Of a stretch of DNA of 21,935 nt, positions 1-7,546 are shown in pieces. Within the stretch, counting starts at the first letter, position 1. Every line of letters starts with the position of its first letter. The stretch is from NCBI GenBank assembly GCA_044359815.1, contig JBIKLL010000043.1, positions 1 through 21,935 on the forward strand, given 5' to 3'. Source of the DNA: Pseudobdellovibrionaceae bacterium. GTDB taxonomy: Bacteria > Bdellovibrionota > Bdellovibrionia > Bdellovibrionales > Bdellovibrionaceae. The notes below the pieces were generated by a model, which saw only the letters and a list, made by a program, of their open reading frames with translations, was not told the DNA's origin and ran no database searches. A program made the position numbers and the translations under genes.

Positions 1-502
1 TGCTAAGATGTTGATTTCGTAACCAAAATCTTACAGTAAAGAACCCTGCATGCTTATCTTTTTTGACTCATTGCCTTGTAATGTGAAATGGGAAGAACCC
101 AACCTACTAATAAGTAGGCTTCAGTCGTTCGTCTTTGCTTCCTCGTCTTGCTCGCTTCTTTGAGGTGGTTATTTTTTGCGAAAGCGGGTTTTGTTTTTTG
201 GTAGGGGCTGAAGGACTCGAATAAAGTGAGTGACCTGCGATGAATGCGACTAAAGGGAGCATTTGGCGCAGGGTAAAAAAGCAGGAAGCCATCGAGGCTT
301 TAGCCGAAGAAGCGCTGAAGGCGCAATGGCGGAGGCTTTTTTAAGGGAACGTTGCCGGCTCTGGCAGCATTCGGAAGGAGTCCGAATGCGAGAAGACCGA
401 GTCCATGTCAATCTAGCGGACCTTTAGAAGTCCCCGAGGCTGCATGGTCGAGACTTTGATTGCGATCATAACCATAAATTTACGGAAAGCTTATTGTTCA
501 TG

Positions 503-532
503 AAAGATGTGACGTATCAACGTCACATCTTT
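503..532 (-). terminator. Hairpin downstream of the 562-1050 gene; candidate intrinsic terminator
   Basis: Perfect 12-bp stem AAAGATGTGACG / CGTCACATCTTT with 6-nt loop, about 30 nt past the stop codon, with short A/T tails on both sides. Confidence 0.6.
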
Positions 533-561
533 TCAAACTGGATTTTTAAATACCGGAAAGA

Positions 562-1050
562 TTACTTAAGATTTGAATACTTCTTCATAAGTTCTTCAAA
601 TTCCAACTCTTGCTTTAAGACCTCATCTGAAACCGCTGCGATATTTAAACCTGTGGCAGATGCCAATCTGGTATCTGCTTTGCCATTTGCTACTTTAGAA
701 ATGGATAAGTTCAAGTAACATTCTATTCTAATTGTATTTTTAGAGTCATTTTGAATTAACATCATCAAAGAAGCAGGATCGATTTCCATAGAAGCTAATA
801 AGCTAATGGGTAGATTGCAGTAAACTACTTCAGTTTTACCCGACATGTCCGAAGGCACATAAGCCATCAAAGATAGGGCTTCCTGAGTAATTCTTGTTGA
901 TTGGATTTGCAAGTCAACTTTTTCGTTTATATCAATTGTAGTTTTGCTATTTTGCAAAACATGATTTCCTTCCACTAATCGCACCTTCATAGTCGCAGCA
1001 TTTGATGTTGAGGAAGCTAAAATCAAAAAAATCACTAAAAAAGTTTTCAC
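562..1050 (-). CDS. Hypothetical secreted protein
   Basis: ORF track gives 562..1116. A better start is GTG at 1050, preceded by SD AAGGAG, giving a Sec signal peptide MKTFLVIFLILASSTSNA. No family recognised. Confidence 0.75.
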   Translation of the reverse strand: MKTFLVIFLILASSTSNAATMKVRLVEGNHVLQNSKTTIDINEKVDLQIQSTRITQEALSLMAYVPSDMSGKTEVVYCNLPISLLASMEIDPASLMMLIQNDSKNTIRIECYLNLSISKVANGKADTRLASATGLNIAAVSDEVLKQELEFEELMKKYSNLK

Positions 1051-1086
1051 AAAATCTCCTTTTAAGGTTTGGGTTTTGTAATGGAT

Positions 1087-1101
1087 TGCAAGGCCGTGCC
1101 A
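1087..1101 (-). promoter_or_regulatory. Sigma54-like -24/-12 element, spacing one base short
   Basis: Minus strand reads TGGCACGGCCTTGCA against consensus TGGCACG-N4-TTGC(A/T). Only N3 is present. It lies 36 nt upstream of the GTG start. Confidence 0.4.
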
Positions 1102-1165
1102 TCGAAAAAAGTCCAAATTTCATATAAATTTTGCTTGTGGAAAATTGAATTTGAATCAATTTGTT

Positions 1166-1203
1166 TAAGCTAAGCTAAGCTAAGCTAAGCTAAGCTAAGC
1201 TAA
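1166..1203. repeat. Pentanucleotide tandem repeat (TAAGC)7 plus TAA
   Basis: Read directly: seven perfect TAAGC units. Confidence 0.97.
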
Positions 1204-1234
1204 CTACTGTAGAATTAATGTGATTGTCGATGTT

Positions 1235-1251
1235 TTTGTCAGATTGACAAA
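1235..1251. promoter_or_regulatory. Inverted repeat TTTGTCA-N3-TGACAAA; candidate activator site or weak terminator of the antitoxin gene
   Basis: Perfect 7-bp inverted repeat in the intergenic region. Confidence 0.35.
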
Positions 1252-1268
1252 TTTAAGTCTTAATAGAT

Positions 1269-1601
1269 CTATGCACAAAGCTTGTGGATGATTTTCCCAA
1301 CGGTTTCCAAGGTCGGATTCCCATTCTCAGATAACATTCTAAACAAAGTTCTGCGCGGAATTCCTGCAGCTTTAGATAATTCTTCTTTATTCACAACTTC
1401 TAAATGTGTCCGTAGGATTTCCTTAAAGGCGTCAATGTCATTATCCACCAGGCATTCCCAAAGTGCTTGGGCTATCAATTGCTTGTTACGCAAACGATCC
1501 GAAGCTTTAACCCCTGAAAGTCCCTTTGTAGACTTGAGTTTAATGGGATCGATATCGTTCAAGGAGAAGGCGTGCTGTTTTAATATCTTTTTTTTGCGCA
1601 T
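1269..1601 (-). CDS. Addiction-module antidote protein, HigA-like XRE HTH antitoxin
   Basis: C-terminal LSKAAGIPRRTLFRMLSENGNPTLETVGKIIHKL is typical of the TIGR02684-like antidote family. SD GGAGG lies upstream. Confidence 0.88.
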   Translation of the reverse strand: MRKKKILKQHAFSLNDIDPIKLKSTKGLSGVKASDRLRNKQLIAQALWECLVDNDIDAFKEILRTHLEVVNKEELSKAAGIPRRTLFRMLSENGNPTLETVGKIIHKLCA

Positions 1602-1698
1602 TTTTTAATCCTCCGATTAATAACAAAACTAGCTCTTTCAAAGTCAATTCCCCATGCCAATTCAAATACTCTTCAGTTGCGATAACTTTAATGCTCAT
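1540..1698 (-). pseudogene. RelE/HigB-like addiction-module toxin with in-frame internal deletion (52 aa; not in ORF track)
   Basis: Hand translation: MSIKVIATEEYLNWHGELTLKELVLLLIGGLKNAQKKDIKTARLLLERYRSH*. The N-terminus (T-EEY-NW) and C-terminus (LLL-GG-K--Q-KDI--A) match TIGR02683-like killer proteins, but the central region is absent. It overlaps the antitoxin start. Confidence 0.8.
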
Positions 1699-1704
1699 AT
1701 TATG

Positions 1705-1726
1705 ATAGTGCCATATATGGCACTAT
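1705..1726. promoter_or_regulatory. Perfect 22-bp palindrome, probable TA autorepression operator
   Basis: ATAGTGCCATA|TATGGCACTAT, 7 nt upstream of the toxin ATG. It covers the spacer and -10 of a minus-strand promoter TTGCCA (1733-1728)-N17-CACTAT. Confidence 0.8.
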
Positions 1727-1990
1727 TTGGCAATACAAATAATTGAAGTTGTATAATTTAGAAAACTATCCAGCAAAGGAATGGGCAAGCGAGACGCTAT
1801 CGAATGCGAGAAGATCAAGTCCTCCATTAACCCACCACCTCGAATAAGCGTTGCAATACTTTGCCAGCATCATCCTCAGTCCTTGCAATGAGGTCAGGGA
1901 AAGATATCATCGGATAAATCCTATGGCGGTAAAGGGAAGAACTTAAAAATATGGCAAAGAAGAATGCAATCGATAAATTTAGGAAAGAAT

Positions 1991-2500
1991 ATGATCTGCT
2001 TAAAAAGAAATAGTTTGGCTATCTGCATTTTTATCATTCCACTTTTTGGATGTGTGACTTCATCCAAATATCAAGCGCAAAAACCAAACTCGTTGGGAAC
2101 GGATATAGAAGTAACTCCTGATAGAGTTATTGTTGAGTGTGAATTTATAACTGATTATGAAGGCGATTATAAAAATCCCTATGGATTTATGATTCATATA
2201 CTAGATAATCAGAAAACTGTTTTGACCGTCAGTAACGGGACTGTGCTAGAAAAAAAGGACTGCTTTGATAAGCTAAAGGTATCGGAGAAAATAATAAAAA
2301 ACGCTAATATAGTTTTTGTTCGCGGCAGAGGTGATGCGGAGGCTCCAATTAAAATGGAAAGCTTTACCTATACCTTCCCGAAACATGGGACGTTTCACAA
2401 TAATGGCCGAAGTCTAAATTTTTTGGGTATCTGGAATGACAAGGGTCAATGCTATAGTGCATTTAACGGATCTGGTGACTTTTGCACTTCAATTCGGTAG
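1991..2500 (+). CDS. Hypothetical lipoprotein
   Basis: ORF track gives 1964..2500. ATG 1991 follows AGGAAAG. Signal peptide ends in lipobox LFGC, and the mature part has four further Cys. Confidence 0.75.
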   Translation: MICLKRNSLAICIFIIPLFGCVTSSKYQAQKPNSLGTDIEVTPDRVIVECEFITDYEGDYKNPYGFMIHILDNQKTVLTVSNGTVLEKKDCFDKLKVSEKIIKNANIVFVRGRGDAEAPIKMESFTYTFPKHGTFHNNGRSLNFLGIWNDKGQCYSAFNGSGDFCTSIR

Positions 2501-2588
2501 TAGTATTTAATCAATAGTCCGCAGTCGTTACCAAACTATAAATTATAGGAAGAGCTATTTTTTATTTTGTTATTTAAAAGGAATTTAT

Positions 2589-3113
2589 TTGAACATCTTA
2601 ACTGCTTTCAAAGACCATTCAGACATTCAGTTAAAAGCTGACTTTGAAATTTGGGAATCAGAAATCCGGGTCTTTTTTGAGTGGATGGAATCAGATCAAA
2701 AATTTTCAGATAGTTTTCAATCTAAAAACTATTCAGGGTCCCAATTGCAAAGAAAAGATAATTTGTGGCAGACGACCTGTTTTGAAGCTTTTTGGTCTGT
2801 CCCTGGCAGTAAGCAATATTTTGAACTAAATTTTTCTGCCCAGGGTGAATGGAATGTTTACCAGTTCAACGATTACCGTCAGCCTCAACCGCCCAAACCC
2901 AGTCATCAGTATACTGTCAGCCGGATAATTGTCGGCAAAAACAATATTGAATGCCAACTGCAAGCTGGAGTTTCATTTACCCATTTGGATGTGGGTTTGA
3001 CTGCGATTATTACTACCGCAAAAGACAAATTGTATTTTGCCCTTAGCCACAAATCAGAAAAAGCTGACTTTCATATCAGAAACAGTTTTAATTTAACAAA
3101 AGAGATCAGATGA
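2589..3113 (+). CDS. DOMON-like domain protein
   Basis: Motifs LWQTTCFEAF, YFELNFS--GEWNVYQF-DYR and ALSH----DFH. TTG start. Overlaps the next gene (ATGA). Confidence 0.8.
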   Translation: MNILTAFKDHSDIQLKADFEIWESEIRVFFEWMESDQKFSDSFQSKNYSGSQLQRKDNLWQTTCFEAFWSVPGSKQYFELNFSAQGEWNVYQFNDYRQPQPPKPSHQYTVSRIIVGKNNIECQLQAGVSFTHLDVGLTAIITTAKDKLYFALSHKSEKADFHIRNSFNLTKEIR

Positions 3114-4306
3114 AACTGGGTATTGAAGTTCTACTGCAAAATAAAAAACTGCTGGGTAAATTAAAAAAACAAAGGGTGTCCCTTGTTTGCCATCCGGCAT
3201 CTGTTGATCAGAAACTCAATCACAGTTTTGATTTGCTTCACCAAAAAATCGGTTTGTCATCAGCCTTTGGACCCCAACATGGTGTGAAGGGTGATAAGCA
3301 ATACAACATGGTCGAAAGCGACGACTATCTGGATCCCATTTATAAAATCCCGATTTTTTCACTTTACGGTAAGGTCAGAAAGCCAACACCCGAAATGATG
3401 GAAACCTTTGATGTGTTGATTTTTGATCTGCAGGATTTGGGATGTCGAATCTATACCTTTATCACGACGTTGCTTTACATAATGCAAGAATGCGCCAACC
3501 ATAAAAAACAAATTATTATTTTGGACAGACCGAATCCCATTGGCAGAGCGGTTGAAGGGCTCAGATTAGAATCCGGATGGGAATCTTTTGTTGGCGCAGC
3601 ACCGATACCTATGCGCCACGGTCTGACTGTGGCCGAGATGGCGCTTTATTATAAAAAACATTTTAATCTGGATGTTGATTTAACGGTTATAAAAATGCAG
3701 GGATATAAACCCAATGCGAAACCTGGTTATGGATGGCCAACAGATTTATGCTGGATCAATCCATCACCTAATGCTCCGACATTAAACATGGCCAGAGCTT
3801 ATCCGGGCACTGTCATGATTGAGGGCACGAATTTGTCTGAAGGTCGCGGAACAACCAGGTCATTAGAGGTTGTAGGAGCTCCAAGTTTAGATTTTTCTAA
3901 AATCCATAAAGCCATGATCAAAAAATCTGCTAAATGGCTTGATGGTGCTCTGCTGAGAGAGTGCTTTTTTCAACCCACGTTTTACAAATACAAAGACGAA
4001 TTGTGCCATGGTCTGCAGTTTCATACAGATTTTCCTGGATACAATCCGGCAAAATTTAAACCGTTCAGAGCAGTTATATTAATGCTTAAATGCATTCGAG
4101 AGCTTTATCCTGACTATGTGCTTTATCGCGATTTCGCGTATGAATATGTTTTTGATAAATTGGCTTTTGATGTGATTCATGGTGGTCCCAAGATTCGGCA
4201 GTGGATCGAGGATCCAAAGGCCACCTGTGCCCAGATGGAAAAGATGCTTCAGAGTGATGAAAAATCATGGACCAAAGAATCAAAACAATTTTGGCTGTAT
4301 AAATAA
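3110..4306 (+). CDS. namZ: Exo-beta-N-acetylmuramidase NamZ family (DUF1343)
   Basis: Motifs FGPQHG, DLQDLGCRIYTF, LDRPNP, RHGLT, PSPN and SEGRGTT. Confidence 0.92.
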   Translation: MKLGIEVLLQNKKLLGKLKKQRVSLVCHPASVDQKLNHSFDLLHQKIGLSSAFGPQHGVKGDKQYNMVESDDYLDPIYKIPIFSLYGKVRKPTPEMMETFDVLIFDLQDLGCRIYTFITTLLYIMQECANHKKQIIILDRPNPIGRAVEGLRLESGWESFVGAAPIPMRHGLTVAEMALYYKKHFNLDVDLTVIKMQGYKPNAKPGYGWPTDLCWINPSPNAPTLNMARAYPGTVMIEGTNLSEGRGTTRSLEVVGAPSLDFSKIHKAMIKKSAKWLDGALLRECFFQPTFYKYKDELCHGLQFHTDFPGYNPAKFKPFRAVILMLKCIRELYPDYVLYRDFAYEYVFDKLAFDVIHGGPKIRQWIEDPKATCAQMEKMLQSDEKSWTKESKQFWLYK

Positions 4307-4797
4307 TGGAAAATATGGATTCGCTACAGATGTGGGAACTGGCCAGTTACGTCGTTACAGTTATCGGCTTGCCGCTGGCCATAATGGTTTTTATTTATGA
4401 ACAAAAACTGGAAAGACAAAATGAGGATGAAGAAATTTATCAACGTCTGTCGGACGAGTACGCCGAATTTTCAAAACTGATGCTGGAAAATGCTGATCTG
4501 CAATTATTGTCACAAAATAGTTCGGCTGAAAATCTGACCCCAGAACAACAGGAGCGTAAAAAAATCCTATTTGATTATTTGATATCGCTTTTTGAAAGAG
4601 CCTTTATCCTGGTTTACGAAGAAAAAATGCGACCTCAAACAAAGCGTCTGTGGGCCAGTTGGGAAGACTACATCAGATTTTGGTGCCGCAGAAATGATTT
4701 TCGTGAGGCTTTGTCTACATTGTTATTAGGTGAAGATCCAGATTTTATAGCGTACGTTCAAAAAGTTTCCACAGAAGAGAGCCATCATGCAAAATGA
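4306..4797 (+). CDS. Conserved hypothetical protein with one N-terminal TM helix
   Basis: WELASYVVTVIGLPLAIMVF TM segment followed by a helical domain. Translationally coupled to namZ (TAATG). Confidence 0.8.
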   Translation: MENMDSLQMWELASYVVTVIGLPLAIMVFIYEQKLERQNEDEEIYQRLSDEYAEFSKLMLENADLQLLSQNSSAENLTPEQQERKKILFDYLISLFERAFILVYEEKMRPQTKRLWASWEDYIRFWCRRNDFREALSTLLLGEDPDFIAYVQKVSTEESHHAK

Positions 4798-5524
4798 ATT
4801 CAAAAACAAAAATGTACTGATCACCGGTGCTGGCAGCGGGATAGGTAGGGCCAGTGCTATTTTGTTTTCGAAAGCTGGGGCAAATTTAATTCTTACAGGA
4901 AGAGATCCTAAGAAATTAAAATCTTTGGAAAATGAATTCAAAAAACATAAATCAGAAGTTGAAATTATTGAATGCGATTTAGCTGTGGATAAACAGGTGG
5001 AAAAATTGTTTTCAAAAATCAAAAACCTTGATTGCGCGATCAACAATGCCGGTGTCGAAGGTAAAATGGCACCCATCAACAAACTGACCCTGAAAGATTT
5101 CGATGCCGTTTTTAATGTAAACGTAAGGGCCCTGTGGCTGTGTATGAAGCATGAGCTTTCAATCATGAAAAAGGGATCATCCATTGTTAATTTGTCTTCG
5201 ATTTTAGGACTGCGTGGAATTGCGGAATCTGGTTTGTACGCGGCTTCTAAGCACGCCGTGATCGGACTGACAACTTCGCTGGCCTTAGAGCAAATCAAAA
5301 AGGGAATCAGAATCAACGTGGTCTGCCCTGGTGGGACAAAAACTCCTATGTTGGACAGGATATATTCGGGCCACCTGGAAGCCGCAAAGGACTTTCATCC
5401 CATTGGTAGACTGGCGGAACCCGAGGAAATTGCTGAAGCTATTTTATGGCTATGCTCCGACAAATCCAGCTTTGTGGTAGGGCATTCGCTGGTTTTGGAT
5501 GGCGGCAGAACCGTAGAGTGCTAA
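4787..5524 (+). CDS. SDR family NAD(P)-dependent oxidoreductase
   Basis: TGAGSGIG, NNAG, catalytic YAASK and C-terminal DGG. Confidence 0.95.
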   Translation: MQNEFKNKNVLITGAGSGIGRASAILFSKAGANLILTGRDPKKLKSLENEFKKHKSEVEIIECDLAVDKQVEKLFSKIKNLDCAINNAGVEGKMAPINKLTLKDFDAVFNVNVRALWLCMKHELSIMKKGSSIVNLSSILGLRGIAESGLYAASKHAVIGLTTSLALEQIKKGIRINVVCPGGTKTPMLDRIYSGHLEAAKDFHPIGRLAEPEEIAEAILWLCSDKSSFVVGHSLVLDGGRTVEC

Positions 5525-5565
5525 TAGCAAGTTGACCCAATGGCCCAATCAAGATTAAATCTTTC

Positions 5566-7269
5566 TTGATGAAGACAGAAATTCCCTATCATCTGCAGAA
5601 CTACCTGGCCACTCAAGAATACGATCAATACACAGCTATTGACCACGCCAGTTGGCGATTTATTATGCGGATATCTTGCGAGTTTTTTAAAAAGCATGCT
5701 CATCCGATTTATTTAAAAGGTCTTGAGGAAACTGGAATCACCATCGACAGAATTCCCAGAATCACCGAAATGGATCAGAGGCTTTCTAAATTTGGTTGGA
5801 GAGCAGTGCCGATTACGGGCTTTATCCCACCAGCTCCATTTTTAGAAATGCTTTCGCTGAAAATCATGCCCATAGCCTGTGATATGCGAAAAATTGAAAA
5901 CATTGATTACACGCCATCGCCCGATATTGTTCACGAAGCCGCTGGGCATGCTCCGATCATTGCAGATCCGGCCTATGAGTCCTATTTAAAAAAATTTGGC
6001 GAAATCGCCAGGTTTGTGATTTTTGCCAACGAAGACTGCACCGTTTACGAAGCTGTTTTAAATTTATCGGAGGTCAAAGAAGACCCACATTCAACACCTG
6101 AACAAATTCAGCAAGCGCAGGATTTATTGGATAAGGCTGCTGCCGGTGTTTATTACGTCAGCGAAGCTCAGCAGTTGACCAGGTTAGGTTGGTGGACAAC
6201 CGAATATGGTTTGATCGAAAAAGACGGAAAATATTTAATTTACGGCGCTGGATTGTTGTCCTCAGTGGGCGAGAGCTACAATAGTTTTGATTCAAAGGTC
6301 AAAAAAGTGCCATTGACTATTGGATGTATTGAAACTGACTATGACATTACTAAGCCTCAGCCGCAGCTATTTGTGACCGATGATTTTAAAAAACTTGAAA
6401 AGGTCATTGATGATTTGGCTTCGATGATGTCCTACAAAAAAGGTGGCAAATACGGTCTGGATAAAGCCATTCAGGCCAAAACTGTTGTCACGGTCCAGTT
6501 TGAAAACGGCTTGCAGGTCAGCGGAATTTTAGAAAAGTATCTGATGGATGATCAGGAAAATTTGCAGTTTTTGAAATTTAAGGGCCCATCACAGATTTCA
6601 AAAGATTTTGTGCAGCTGTCAGGGCATTCGCCAAAATATCATTTGAACGGATTTTCATCGCCCTTGGGCCAATGCGAAGAACTTAAAAACATTCAAAATT
6701 GGAAACCAGATCAAAAAATCAATTTAAAATTTGCTTCTGGTTTTGAGCTGACCGGGGTTTATAAAAAAACTTTGAATGATAAAAATCAACCTCTGGTGAT
6801 TACCTTTGATCAATGCCAGGTTAAAAAAGGCAGCGAGGTTTTTTATCAAGCTGACTGGGGACCATTTGATTTGGTGATTGGCAATAAGGCTGTATCAGTT
6901 TTTGGGGGAGCCGCTGACAGATCAGCCTATGTGAAGGAAAATCCGGGTCATTTATTTAAACCAAGGGCTCAGAAGCGCAATCAAACCAAAGAAAACCAGG
7001 ATCTGATCCCTGTGTATCAAAAGGCCAGAATGCTTCGCGAGGAAAAAATTTCTGGTGCTGAGCTGGTAAAACACTCTGCCGAGATGTTAAAATTTTTGGA
7101 TCAGAAATTTCCCAATGAATGGTTGATCAGGATTGAGATTTTAGAATTGTTAACTGAAGCAAACGTCGAGCCGCAATTGTGCCAAAAGTTACGTGATCAA
7201 CTGAAAAAAATCGAAGCTCAGTCTGAAAAACTGCAGATGCTCATCAAACGCGGCCTTGAGCTGATTTAA
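5566..7269 (+). CDS. phhA: Aromatic amino acid hydroxylase (phenylalanine 4-monooxygenase), long form with C-terminal extension
   Basis: PDIVHEAAGH (two Fe-ligand His), WWTTEYGL (Glu ligand), YGAGLLSS and YDIT-PQP. Confidence 0.88.
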   Translation: MMKTEIPYHLQNYLATQEYDQYTAIDHASWRFIMRISCEFFKKHAHPIYLKGLEETGITIDRIPRITEMDQRLSKFGWRAVPITGFIPPAPFLEMLSLKIMPIACDMRKIENIDYTPSPDIVHEAAGHAPIIADPAYESYLKKFGEIARFVIFANEDCTVYEAVLNLSEVKEDPHSTPEQIQQAQDLLDKAAAGVYYVSEAQQLTRLGWWTTEYGLIEKDGKYLIYGAGLLSSVGESYNSFDSKVKKVPLTIGCIETDYDITKPQPQLFVTDDFKKLEKVIDDLASMMSYKKGGKYGLDKAIQAKTVVTVQFENGLQVSGILEKYLMDDQENLQFLKFKGPSQISKDFVQLSGHSPKYHLNGFSSPLGQCEELKNIQNWKPDQKINLKFASGFELTGVYKKTLNDKNQPLVITFDQCQVKKGSEVFYQADWGPFDLVIGNKAVSVFGGAADRSAYVKENPGHLFKPRAQKRNQTKENQDLIPVYQKARMLREEKISGAELVKHSAEMLKFLDQKFPNEWLIRIEILELLTEANVEPQLCQKLRDQLKKIEAQSEKLQMLIKRGLELI

Positions 7270-7282
7270 AGTCGTAACTTGA

Positions 7283-7515
7283 TCTGTGCTGAATAATAAA
7301 TTTAGTCCTTTGTCTGTTGCAGAATTTAAAATTCGAAAATCTACATATTTAATTTTACTTCAAAAGACCCTCTGCGGAGCCTGGACGGCGGGAGCTCTGC
7401 TCGAGCAGAGAAGCAGGAGCTGTGGTTTTTTGAAGTAAAATTAAATATGTAAATTTTCGAATTTTAAATTCTGCAACAAACAAAGTGGATAACTAAATTT
7501 ATCATTCAGCACAGA
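7283..7515. repeat. Long inverted-repeat element: about 87/92-bp AT-rich arms around a 54-nt GC-rich core
   Basis: Arms 7283-7369 and 7424-7515 are reverse complements with 4 substitutions and about 5 nt of indel. The core contains the 16-bp palindrome CTCTGCTCGAGCAGAG (7395-7410). Confidence 0.93.
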
Positions 7516-7546
7516 ATCTATAAAGTTCTGTGCTTTATGAAAAGGC

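Noticed and set aside
1..71. Possible minus-strand gene start at 71 running off the left edge
   Set aside because: The ATG is followed by a stop after five codons, and there is no support without upstream context.
107..292. 61-aa minus-strand ORF
   Set aside because: No SD or recognisable motifs, low-complexity basic tail, and it lies in a hairpin-rich non-coding region.
1166..1203. TAAGC repeat as CRISPR or iteron array
   Set aside because: 5-bp units with no spacers and no cas or rep gene; it is a simple sequence repeat.
1282..1608. 108-aa plus-strand ORF (also 494..718 and 947..1159)
   Set aside because: Antisense or alternate-frame shadows of better supported genes.
4726..5316. 196-aa minus-strand ORF
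   Set aside because: Antisense shadow of the SDR gene, a common artefact for this family.
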